Assembly: GCA_002189035.1 (NCBI GenBank) | Contig: NEEC01000235.1 | Span: 1 to 22,375 of the forward strand | Reading direction: 5' to 3' | Length of the DNA stretch: 22,375 bases | From: Utricularia gibba | Taxonomy: Eukaryota; Plantae; Magnoliophyta | Part shown: positions 9,854 to 22,375 of the stretch, one piece after another | Layout: each line of letters opens with the position of its first letter | Numbering within the stretch: the stretch's first letter is position 1 | Notes under the pieces: generated by a model | Database searches by the model: none | What the model saw: only the letters and a program-made list of their open reading frames with translations | Told to the model about the DNA's origin: nothing | Position numbers and translations under genes: made by a program

Positions 9854-10793
9854 TTAGTTGCTATGATACTTCTGATTCTTGATGCACCATTCCCATACAC
9901 CATGTCTCTAGTGGCTATTTGATTCTTTTGCCGTGTATCCCATTTGCATCAATGTCGAGAACGAGAAGCACATTCTTAGACGCAGCCACCAAGAAAGGAC
10001 ACCTAAGACACTTTTCGTTGTGGCTTGTTTTTAATATGTCCACAGTTATCGGACAAACGTAACTCCAAATTATAATACTTGGAGCTCGAAAAGGGCTTCC
10101 CAACAGTGTGCTATGAAGAGCAAGGATCTGCATGTTATGCAAGAGGTGCTTCGCGGACCAGGATGTGCGACGTAGTCATTTCATTGCGCATCATCATTCG
10201 GGGTGCATCCTAAAAATCACACGTGCACGGGATTCATTAAAAATAAATATTTACGCATATCCAGAGTGTATAACAGTGTTGGGATAAGTGATGCCACGAA
10301 ATTCATGATGTAGCATGTGACTTTTTTCCAACTTGATCGCATAGTAGATGAATTCTGACACCATATGTTGATGCATTTAGTTGCTATGATACTTCTGATT
10401 CTTGATGCACCATTCCCGTATACCATGTCTCTAGTGGCTATTTGATTCTTTTGCCTTGTATGTTGTTCGCATCAATTTCGAGAACATGAAGCACATTATT
10501 AAATGCAGTCACCACGGAATGCCACGTGAGACACCTTTCGTTGTGGCCCTTTTTTAATATGTCCACAGTTATCGGACAAACGTAACTCCAAATTATAATA
10601 CTTGGAGCTCGAAAAGGGCTTCCCAACAGTGTGCTATGAAGAGCAAGGATCTGCATGTTATGCAAGAGGTGTTCGCGGACCAGGATGTGCGACGTAGTCA
10701 TTTCATTGCGCATCACCATTCGGGATGCAGCCGAAAAATCACACGTGCACCGGATTTGTTAAAAATAAATATTTACGCATATCCTGAGTATAT

Positions 10794-13700
10794 AACAGTG
10801 TTGGGATAAGTGATGCCACGAAATTCATGATGTAACATGTGACTTTTTTCCATCTTGATCGCATATCCGATGAAGTTTGACACCATATGTTTTGGCTGTT
10901 GATTGATTCAATTAGTTGCTATGATACTTCTGATTCTTGATGCACCATTCCCATACACCATGTCTCTAGTGGCTATTTGATTCTTTTGCCGTGTATCCCA
11001 TTTGCATCAATGTCGAGAACGAGAAGCACATTCTTAGACGCAGCCACCAAGAAAGGACACCTAAGACACTTTTCGTTGTGGCTTGTTTTTAATATGTCCA
11101 CAGTTATCGGACAAACGTAACTCCAAATTATAATACTTGGAGCTCGAAAAGGGCTTCCCAACAGTGTGCTATGAAGAGCAAGGATCTGCATGTTATGCAA
11201 GAGGTGCTTCGCGGACCAGGATGTGCGACGTAGTCATTTCATTGCGCATCATCATTCGGGGTGCATCCTAAAAATCACACGTGCACGGGATTCATTAAAA
11301 ATAAATATTTACGCATATCCAGAGTGTATAACAGTGTTGGGATAAGTGATGCCACGAAATTCATGATGTAGCATGTGACTTTTTTCCAACTTGATCGCAT
11401 AGTAGATGAATTCTGACACCATATGTTGATGCATTTAGTTGCTATGATACTTCTGATTCTTGATGCACCATTCCCGTATACCATGTCTCTAGTGGCTATT
11501 TGATTCTTTTGCCTTGTATGTTGTTCGCATCAATTTCGAGAACATGAAGCACATTATTAAATGCAGTCACCACGGAATGCCACGTGAGACACCTTTCGTT
11601 GTGGCCCTTTTTTAATATGTCCACAGTTATCGGACAAACGTAACTCCAAATTATAATACTTGGAGCTCGAAAAGGGCTTCCCAACAGTGTGCTATGAAGA
11701 GCAAGGATCTGCATGTTATGCAAGAGGTGTTTCGCGGACCAGGATGTGCGACGTAGTCATTTCATTGCGCATCACCATTCGGGATGCAGCCGAAAAATCA
11801 CACGTGCACCGGATTTGTTAAAAATAAATATTTACGCATATCCTGAGTATACAACAGTGTTGGGATAAGTGATGCCACGAAATTCATGATGTAACATGTG
11901 ACTTTTTTCCATCTTGATCGCATATCCGATGAAGTTTGACACCATATGTTTTGGCTGTTGATTGATTCAATTAGTTGCTATGATACTTCTGATTCTTGAT
12001 GCACCATTCCCATACACCATGTCTCTAGTGGCTATTTGATTCTTTTGCCGTGTATCCCATTTGCATCAATGTCGAGAACGAGAAGCACATTCTTAGACGC
12101 AGCCACCAAGAAAGGACACCTAAGACACTTTTCGTTGTGGCTTGTTTTTAATATGTCCACAGTTATCGGACAAACGTAACTCCAAATTATAATACTTGGA
12201 GCTCGAAAAGGGCTTCCCAACAGTGTGCTATGAAGAGCAAGGATCTGCATGTTATGCAAGAGGTGCTTCGCGGACCAGGATGTGCGACGTAGTCATTTCA
12301 TTGCGCATCATCATTCGGGGTGCATCCTAAAAATCACACGTGCACGGGATTCATTAAAAATAAATATTTACGCATATCCAGAGTGTATAACAGTGTTGGG
12401 ATAAGTGATGCCACGAAATTCATGATGTAGCATGTGACTTTTTTCCAACTTGATCGCATAGTAGATGAATTCTGACACCATATGTTGATGCATTTAGTTG
12501 CTATGATACTTCTGATTCTTGATGCACCATTCCCGTATACCATGTCTCTAGTGGCTATTTGATTCTTTTGCCTTGTATGTTGTTCGCATCAATTTCGAGA
12601 ACATGAAGCACATTATTAAATGCAGTCACCACGGAATGCCACGTGAGACACCTTTCGTTGTGGCCCTTTTTTAATATGTCCACAGTTATCGGACAAACGT
12701 AACTCCAAATTATAATACTTGGAGCTCGAAAAGGGCTTCCCAACAGTGTGCTATGAAGAGCAAGGATCTGCATGTTATGCAAGAGGTGTTTCGCGGACCA
12801 GGATGTGCGACGTAGTCATTTCATTGCGCATCACCATTCGGGATGCAGCCGAAAAATCACACGTGCACCGGATTTGTTAAAAATAAATATTTACGCATAT
12901 CCTGAGTATACAACAGTGTTGGGATAAGTGATGCCACGAAATTCATGATGTAACATGTGACTTTTTTCCATCTTGATCGCATATCCGATGAAGTTTGACA
13001 CCATATGTTTTGGCTGTTGATTGATTCAATTAGTTGCTATGATACTTCTGATTCTTGATGCACCATTCCCATACACCATGTCTCTAGTGGCTATTTGATT
13101 CTTTTGCCGTGTATCCCATTTGCATCAATGTCGAGAACGAGAAGCACATTCTTAGACGCAGCCACCAAGAAAGGACACCTAAGACACTTTTCGTTGTGGC
13201 TTGTTTTTAATATGTCCACAGTTATCGGACAAACGTAACTCCAAATTATAATACTTGGAGCTCGAAAAGGGCTTCCCAACAGTGTGCTATGAAGAGCAAG
13301 GATCTGCATGTTATGCAAGAGGTGCTTCGCGGACCAGGATGTGCGACGTAGTCATTTCATTGCGCATCATCATTCGGGGTGCATCCTAAAAATCACACGT
13401 GCACGGGATTCATTAAAAATAAATATTTACGCATATCCAGAGTGTATAACAGTGTTGGGATAAGTGATGCCACGAAATTCATGATGTAGCATGTGACTTT
13501 TTTCCAACTTGATCGCATAGTAGATGAATTCTGACACCATATGTTGATGCATTTAGTTGCTATGATACTTCTGATTCTTGATGCACCATTCCCGTATACC
13601 ATGTCTCTAGTGGCTATTTGATTCTTTTGCCTTGTATGTTGTTCGCATCAATTTCGAGAACATGAAGCACATTATTAAATGCAGTCACCACGGAATGCCA

Positions 13701-16700
13701 CGTGAGACACCTTTCGTTGTGGCCCTTTTTTAATATGTCCACAGTTATCGGACAAACGTAACTCCAAATTATAATACTTGGAGCTCGAAAAGGGCTTCCC
13801 AACAGTGTGCTATGAAGAGCAAGGATCTGCATGTTATGCAAGAGGTGTTTCGCGGACCAGGATGTGCGACGTAGTCATTTCATTGCGCATCACCATTCGG
13901 GATGCAGCCGAAAAATCACACGTGCACCGGATTTGTTAAAAATAAATATTTACGCATATCCTGAGTATACAACAGTGTTGGGATAAGTGATGCCACGAAA
14001 TTCATGATGTAACATGTGACTTTTTTCCATCTTGATCGCATATCCGATGAAGTTTGACACCATATGTTTTGGCTGTTGATTGATTCAATTAGTTGCTATG
14101 ATACTTCTGATTCTTGATGCACCATTCCCATACACCATGTCTCTAGTGGCTATTTGATTCTTTTGCCGTGTATCCCATTTGCATCAATGTCGAGAACGAG
14201 AAGCACATTCTTAGACGCAGCCACCAAGAAAGGACACCTAAGACACTTTTCGTTGTGGCTTGTTTTTAATATGTCCACAGTTATCGGACAAACGTAACTC
14301 CAAATTATAATACTTGGAGCTCGAAAAGGGCTTCCCAACAGTGTGCTATGAAGAGCAAGGATCTGCATGTTATGCAAGAGGTGCTTCGCGGACCAGGATG
14401 TGCGACGTAGTCATTTCATTGCGCATCATCATTCGGGGTGCATCCTAAAAATCACACGTGCACGGGATTCATTAAAAATAAATATTTACGCATATCCAGA
14501 GTGTATAACAGTGTTGGGATAAGTGATGCCACGAAATTCATGATGTAGCATGTGACTTTTTTCCAACTTGATCGCATAGTAGATGAATTCTGACACCATA
14601 TGTTGATGCATTTAGTTGCTATGATACTTCTGATTCTTGATGCACCATTCCCGTATACCATGTCTCTAGTGGCTATTTGATTCTTTTGCCTTGTATGTTG
14701 TTCGCATCAATTTCGAGAACATGAAGCACATTATTAAATGCAGTCACCACGGAATGCCACGTGAGACACCTTTCGTTGTGGCCCTTTTTTAATATGTCCA
14801 CAGTTATCGGACAAACGTAACTCCAAATTATAATACTTGGAGCTCGAAAAGGGCTTCCCAACAGTGTGCTATGAAGAGCAAGGATCTGCATGTTATGCAA
14901 GAGGTGTTTCGCGGACCAGGATGTGCGACGTAGTCATTTCATTGCGCATCACCATTCGGGATGCAGCCGAAAAATCACACGTGCACCGGATTTGTTAAAA
15001 ATAAATATTTACGCATATCCTGAGTATACAACAGTGTTGGGATAAGTGATGCCACGAAATTCATGATGTAACATGTGACTTTTTTCCATCTTGATCGCAT
15101 ATCCGATGAAGTTTGACACCATATGTTTTGGCTGTTGATTGATTCAATTAGTTGCTATGATACTTCTGATTCTTGATGCACCATTCCCATACACCATGTC
15201 TCTAGTGGCTATTTGATTCTTTTGCCGTGTATCCCATTTGCATCAATGTCGAGAACGAGAAGCACATTCTTAGACGCAGCCACCAAGAAAGGACACCTAA
15301 GACACTTTTCGTTGTGGCTTGTTTTTAATATGTCCACAGTTATCGGACAAACGTAACTCCAAATTATAATACTTGGAGCTCGAAAAGGGCTTCCCAACAG
15401 TGTGCTATGAAGAGCAAGGATCTGCATGTTATGCAAGAGGTGCTTCGCGGACCAGGATGTGCGACGTAGTCATTTCATTGCGCATCATCATTCGGGGTGC
15501 ATCCTAAAAATCACACGTGCACGGGATTCATTAAAAATAAATATTTACGCATATCCAGAGTGTATAACAGTGTTGGGATAAGTGATGCCACGAAATTCAT
15601 GATGTAGCATGTGACTTTTTTCCAACTTGATCGCATAGTAGATGAATTCTGACACCATATGTTGATGCATTTAGTTGCTATGATACTTCTGATTCTTGAT
15701 GCACCATTCCCGTATACCATGTCTCTAGTGGCTATTTGATTCTTTTGCCTTGTATGTTGTTCGCATCAATTTCGAGAACATGAAGCACATTATTAAATGC
15801 AGTCACCACGGAATGCCACGTGAGACACCTTTCGTTGTGGCCCTTTTTTAATATGTCCACAGTTATCGGACAAACGTAACTCCAAATTATAATACTTGGA
15901 GCTCGAAAAGGGCTTCCCAACAGTGTGCTATGAAGAGCAAGGATCTGCATGTTATGCAAGAGGTGTTTCGCGGACCAGGATGTGCGACGTAGTCATTTCA
16001 TTGCGCATCACCATTCGGGATGCAGCCGAAAAATCACACGTGCACCGGATTTGTTAAAAATAAATATTTACGCATATCCTGAGTATACAACAGTGTTGGG
16101 ATAAGTGATGCCACGAAATTCATGATGTAACATGTGACTTTTTTCCATCTTGATCGCATATCCGATGAAGTTTGACACCATATGTTTTGGCTGTTGATTG
16201 ATTCAATTAGTTGCTATGATACTTCTGATTCTTGATGCACCATTCCCATACACCATGTCTCTAGTGGCTATTTGATTCTTTTGCCGTGTATCCCATTTGC
16301 ATCAATGTCGAGAACGAGAAGCACATTCTTAGACGCAGCCACCAAGAAAGGACACCTAAGACACTTTTCGTTGTGGCTTGTTTTTAATATGTCCACAGTT
16401 ATCGGACAAACGTAACTCCAAATTATAATACTTGGAGCTCGAAAAGGGCTTCCCAACAGTGTGCTATGAAGAGCAAGGATCTGCATGTTATGCAAGAGGT
16501 GCTTCGCGGACCAGGATGTGCGACGTAGTCATTTCATTGCGCATCATCATTCGGGGTGCATCCTAAAAATCACACGTGCACGGGATTCATTAAAAATAAA
16601 TATTTACGCATATCCAGAGTGTATAACAGTGTTGGGATAAGTGATGCCACGAAATTCATGATGTAGCATGTGACTTTTTTCCAACTTGATCGCATAGTAG

Positions 16701-19082
16701 ATGAATTCTGACACCATATGTTGATGCATTTAGTTGCTATGATACTTCTGATTCTTGATGCACCATTCCCGTATACCATGTCTCTAGTGGCTATTTGATT
16801 CTTTTGCCTTGTATGTTGTTCGCATCAATTTCGAGAACATGAAGCACATTATTAAATGCAGTCACCACGGAATGCCACGTGAGACACCTTTCGTTGTGGC
16901 CCTTTTTTAATATGTCCACAGTTATCGGACAAACGTAACTCCAAATTATAATACTTGGAGCTCGAAAAGGGCTTCCCAACAGTGTGCTATGAAGAGCAAG
17001 GATCTGCATGTTATGCAAGAGGTGTTTCGCGGACCAGGATGTGCGACGTAGTCATTTCATTGCGCATCACCATTCGGGATGCAGCCGAAAAATCACACGT
17101 GCACCGGATTTGTTAAAAATAAATATTTACGCATATCCTGAGTATACAACAGTGTTGGGATAAGTGATGCCACGAAATTCATGATGTAACATGTGACTTT
17201 TTTCCATCTTGATCGCATATCCGATGAAGTTTGACACCATATGTTTTGGCTGTTGATTGATTCAATTAGTTGCTATGATACTTCTGATTCTTGATGCACC
17301 ATTCCCATACACCATGTCTCTAGTGGCTATTTGATTCTTTTGCCGTGTATCCCATTTGCATCAATGTCGAGAACGAGAAGCACATTCTTAGACGCAGCCA
17401 CCAAGAAAGGACACCTAAGACACTTTTCGTTGTGGCTTGTTTTTAATATGTCCACAGTTATCGGACAAACGTAACTCCAAATTATAATACTTGGAGCTCG
17501 AAAAGGGCTTCCCAACAGTGTGCTATGAAGAGCAAGGATCTGCATGTTATGCAAGAGGTGCTTCGCGGACCAGGATGTGCGACGTAGTCATTTCATTGCG
17601 CATCATCATTCGGGGTGCATCCTAAAAATCACACGTGCACGGGATTCATTAAAAATAAATATTTACGCATATCCAGAGTGTATAACAGTGTTGGGATAAG
17701 TGATGCCACGAAATTCATGATGTAGCATGTGACTTTTTTCCAACTTGATCGCATAGTAGATGAATTCTGACACCATATGTTGATGCATTTAGTTGCTATG
17801 ATACTTCTGATTCTTGATGCACCATTCCCGTATACCATGTCTCTAGTGGCTATTTGATTCTTTTGCCTTGTATGTTGTTCGCATCAATTTCGAGAACATG
17901 AAGCACATTATTAAATGCAGTCACCACGGAATGCCACGTGAGACACCTTTCGTTGTGGCCCTTTTTTAATATGTCCACAGTTATCGGACAAACGTAACTC
18001 CAAATTATAATACTTGGAGCTCGAAAAGGGCTTCCCAACAGTGTGCTATGAAGAGCAAGGATCTGCATGTTATGCAAGAGGTGTTTCGCGGACCAGGATG
18101 TGCGACGTAGTCATTTCATTGCGCATCACCATTCGGGATGCAGCCGAAAAATCACACGTGCACCGGATTTGTTAAAAATAAATATTTACGCATATCCTGA
18201 GTATACAACAGTGTTGGGATAAGTGATGCCACGAAATTCATGATGTAACATGTGACTTTTTTCCATCTTGATCGCATATCCGATGAAGTTTGACACCATA
18301 TGTTTTGGCTGTTGATTGATTCAATTAGTTGCTATGATACTTCTGATTCTTGATGCACCATTCCCATACACCATGTCTCTAGTGGCTATTTGATTCTTTT
18401 GCCGTGTATCCCATTTGCATCAATGTCGAGAACGAGAAGCACATTCTTAGACGCAGCCACCAAGAAAGGACACCTAAGACACTTTTCGTTGTGGCTTGTT
18501 TTTAATATGTCCACAGTTATCGGACAAACGTAACTCCAAATTATAATACTTGGAGCTCGAAAAGGGCTTCCCAACAGTGTGCTATGAAGAGCAAGGATCT
18601 GCATGTTATGCAAGAGGTGCTTCGCGGACCAGGATGTGCGACGTAGTCATTTCATTGCGCATCATCATTCGGGGTGCATCCTAAAAATCACACGTGCACG
18701 GGATTCATTAAAAATAAATATTTACGCATATCCAGAGTGTATAACAGTGTTGGGATAAGTGATGCCACGAAATTCATGATGTAGCATGTGACTTTTTTCC
18801 AACTTGATCGCATAGTAGATGAATTCTGACACCATATGTTGATGCATTTAGTTGCTATGATACTTCTGATTCTTGATGCACCATTCCCGTATACCATGTC
18901 TCTAGTGGCTATTTGATTCTTTTGCCTTGTATGTTGTTCGCATCAATTTCGAGAACATGAAGCACATTATTAAATGCAGTCACCACGGAATGCCACGTGA
19001 GACACCTTTCGTTGTGGCCCTTTTTTAATATGTCCACAGTTATCGGACAAACGTAACTCCAAATTATAATACTTGGAGCTCG
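10794..19082. repeat. Homogeneous block of ~7.8 apparently identical 1,059-bp dimers
   Basis: Repeated ORF coordinates step by exactly 1,059 (10973, 12032, 13091, 14150, 15209, 16268, 17327, 18386) with identical translations. I found no variant base by eye between the hybrid GAGTATATAAC (10793) and the A-run deletion CGAAAGGG (~19083). Confidence 0.88.
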
Positions 19083-19849
19083 AAAGGGCTTCCCAACAGT
19101 GTGCTATGAAGAGCAAGGATCTGCATGTTATGCAAGAGGTGTTTCGCGGACCAGGATGTGCGACGTAGTCATTTCATTGCGCATCACCATTCGGGATGCA
19201 GCCGAAAAATCACACGTGCACCGGATTTGTTAAAAATAAATATTTACGCATATCCTGAGTATACAACAGTGTTGGGATAAGTGATGCCACGAAATTCATG
19301 ATGTAACATGTGACTTTTTTCCATCTTGATCGCATATCCGATGAAGTTTGACACCATATGTTTTGGCTGTTGATTGATTCAATTAGTTGCTATGATACTT
19401 CTGATTCTTGATGCACCATTCCCATACACCATGTCTCTAGTGGCTATTTGATTCTTTTGCCGTGTATCCCATTTGCATCAATGTCGAGAACGAGAAGCAC
19501 ATTCTTAGACGCAGCCACCAAGAAAGGACACCTAAGACACTTTTCGTTGTGGCTTGTTTTTAATATGTCCACAGTTATCGGACAAACGTAACTCCAAATT
19601 ATAATACTTGGAGCTCGAAAAGGGCTTCCCAACAGTGTGCTATGAAGAGCAAGGATCTGCATGTTATGCAAGAGGTGCTTCGCGGACCAGGATGTGCGAC
19701 GTAGTCATTTCATTGCGCATCATCATTCGGGTGCATCCTAAAAATCACACGTGCACGGGATTCATTAAAAATAAATATTTACGCATATCCAGAGTGTATA
19801 ACAGTGTTGGGATAAGTGATGCCACGAAATTCATGATGTAGCATGTGAC

Positions 19850-21330
19850 TTTTTTTCATCGCATAGATGAATTTGACACCATATGTTATTGCATTAGTTG
19901 CTATGATACTTCTGATTCTTGATGCACCATTCCCGTATACCATGTCTCTAGTGGCTATTTGATTCTTTTGCCGTGTATGTTTTCGCATCAATTCGAGAAC
20001 AGAAGCACATTATTAAATGCAGCCACCACGAAAGGCACGTGAGACACTTTTCGTTGTGGCTTTTTTAATATGTCCACAGTTATCGGACAAACGTAACTCC
20101 AAATTATAATACTTGGAGCTCGAAAAGGGCTTCCCAACAGTGTGCTATGAAGAGCAAGGATCTGCATGTTATGCAAGAGGTGCTTCGCGGACCAGGATGT
20201 GCGACGTAGTCATTTCATTGCGCATCATCATTCGGGGTGCATCCTAAAAATCACACGTGCACGGGATTCATTAAAAATAAATATTTACGCATATCCAGAG
20301 TGTATAACAGTGTTGGGATAAGTGATGCCACGAAATTCATGATGTAGCATGTGACTTTTTTCCAACTTGATCGCATATAGATGAATTTGACACCATATGT
20401 TTGATTGCATTTAGTTGCTATGATACTTCTGATTCTTGATGCACCATTCCCGTATACCATGTCTCTAGTGGCTATTTGATTCTTTTGCCTTGTATGTTTT
20501 GCATCAATTTCGAGAACATGAAGCACATTATTAGCACCACCACGAAACGTAGACACTTTTCGTTGTGGCTTTTTTAATATGTCCACAGTTATCGGACAAA
20601 CGTAACTCCAAATTATAATACTTGGAGCTCGAAAAGGGCTTCCCAACAGTGTGCTATGAAGAGCAAGGATCTGCATGTTATGCAAGAGGTGCTTCGCGGA
20701 CCAGGATGTGCGACGTAGTCATTTCATTGCGCATCATCATTCGGGTGCATCCTAAAAATCACACGTGCACGGGATTCATTAAAAATAAATATTTACGCAT
20801 ATCCAGAGTGTATAACAGTGTTGGGATAAGTGATGCCACGAAATTCATGATGTAGCATGTGACTTTTTTCCAACTTGATCGCATATAGATGAATTCTGAC
20901 ACCATATGTTTTGCTGTTGATTGCATTAGTTGCTATGATACTTCTGATTCTTGATGCACCATTCCCGTATACCATGTCTCTAGTGGCTATTTGATTCTTT
21001 TGCCTTGTATGTTTTCGCATCAATTTCGAGAACATGAAGCACATTATTAACGCAGCCACCACGAAAGCACCTAGACACTTTTCGTTGTGGCTTTTTTTAA
21101 TATGTCCACAGTTATCGGACAAACGTAACTCCAAATTATAATACTTGGAGCTCGAAAAGGGCTTCCCAACAGTGTGCTATGAAGAGCAAGGATCTGCATG
21201 TTATGCAAGAGGTGTTTCGCGGACCAGGATGTGCGACGTAGTCATTTCATTGCGCATCATCATTCGGGGTGCATCCTAAAAATCACACGTGCACGGATTC
21301 ATTAAAAATAAATATTTACGCATATCCAGA
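19850..21330. repeat. Strongly mosaic, deletion-rich monomers, register preserved
   Basis: Core spacings are 505, 509 and 523. Strings such as ATTATTAGCACCACCACGAAACGTAGACAC and CACGAAAGGCACGTGAG retain mainly the bases shared by A and B. Confidence 0.85.
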
Positions 21331-22375
21331 GTATACAACAGTGTTGGGATAAGTGATGCCACGAAATTCATGATGTAACATGTGACTTTTTTCCATCTTG
21401 ATCGCATATCCGATGAAGTTTGACACCATATGTTTTGGCTGTTTGATTGATTCAATTAGTTGCTATGATACTTCTGATTCTTGATGCACCATTCCCATAC
21501 ACCATGTCTCTAGTGGCTATTTGATTCTTTTGCCGTGTATCCCATTTGCATCAATGTCGAGAACGAGAAGCACATTCTTAGACGCAGCCACCAAGAAAGG
21601 ACACCTAAGACACTTTTCGTTGTGGCTTGTTTTTAATATGTCCACAGTTATCGGACAAACGTAACTCCAAATTATAATACTTGGAGCTCGAAAAGGGCTT
21701 CCCAACAGTGTGCTATGAAGAGCAAGGATCTGCATGTTATGCAAGAGGTGCTTCGCGGACCAGGATGTGCGACGTAGTCATTTCATTGCGCATCATCATT
21801 CGGGGTGCATCCTAAAAATCACACGTGCACGGGATTCATTAAAAATAAATATTTACGCATATCCAGAGTGTATAACAGTGTTGGGATAAGTGATGCCACG
21901 AAATTCATGATGTAGCATGTGACTTTTTTCCAACTTGATCGCATAGTAGATGAATTCTGACACCATATGTTGGCATTTAGTTGCTATGATACTTCTGATT
22001 CTTGATGCACCATTCCCGTATACCATGTCTCTAGTGGCTATTTGATTCTTTTGCCTTGTATGTTGTTCGCATCATTTCGAGAACATGAAGCACATTATTA
22101 AATGCAGTCACCACGGAATGCCACGTGAGACACCTTTCGTTGTGGCCCTTTTTTAATATGTCCACAGTTATCGGACAAACGTAACTCCAAATTATAATAC
22201 TTGGAGCTCGAAAAGGGCTTCCCAACAGTGTGCTATGAAGAGCAAGGATCTGCATGTTATGCAAGAGGTGCTTCGCGGACCAGGATGTGCGACGTAGTCA
22301 TTTCATTGCGCATCATCATTCGGGATGCATCCTAAAAATCACACGTGCACGGATTCATTAAAAATAAATATTTAC

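Larger units (their letters stand above)
1..22375. repeat. Tandem satellite-like array, ~530-bp monomer arranged as a 1,059-bp A/B dimeric higher-order repeat; runs off both window ends
   Basis: The core motif AATATGTCCACAGTTATCGG occurs 43 times, at 30, 553, 1089, 1612, 2148, 2669, 3204, 3721, 4241, 4777, 5300, 5835, 6358, 6894, 7408, 7922, 8438, 8974, 9497, 10033, 10556, 11091 ... 18504, 19027, 19562, 20067, 20576, 21099, 21635 and 22155. Spacings alternate 523/536 in canonical regions. All copies have the same orientation and there is no intervening unique DNA. Confidence 0.99.

Noticed and set aside
20251-20685. Longest ORF (144 aa) and other extended ORFs at 3991-4350, 7078-7374, 10438-10719 and 20793-21134
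   Set aside because: They arise by frameshift fusion of the short repeat frames at single deletions in mosaic or probably artefactual monomers.
1-22375. CRISPR array or multi-gene prokaryotic system
   Set aside because: The unit is ~530 bp with no unique spacers, no cas or other genes, and no plausible operon structure.

Overview
The whole 22,375-bp window is one head-to-tail tandem array of a ~530-bp monomer (43 copies of the conserved core, ~41-42% GC), with no unique sequence, flanks or recognisable gene. Two monomer types, A (523 bp) and B (536 bp), alternate to form a 1,059-bp dimeric higher-order repeat (HOR). By manual alignment they differ by about 45 substitutions (~91% identity) and one 13-bp indel. 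The differences are very uneven: a 121-bp block is identical, next to a 95-bp block that is ~24% divergent. From ~10.8 to 19.1 kb the dimers look identical with exact 1,059-bp spacing. Three zones (~3.5-4.5, 7.3-8.7, 19.85-21.3 kb) hold A/B mosaic monomers that often lack a base exactly where A and B disagree, which points to out-of-register long-read consensus artefacts, although real exchange may contribute. All ORFs in the supplied track are the same few repeat-derived frames and match no protein I recognise. One + strand frame missing from the track encodes an exact C2H2 zinc-finger pattern (CMLCKRCFADQDVRRSHFIAH) in every intact monomer, and the three A/B differences in and just after it are synonymous. 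This is the most intriguing signal but is unproven. Best overall reading: satellite-type DNA, probably eukaryotic. I cannot name the organism or repeat family from the sequence alone.
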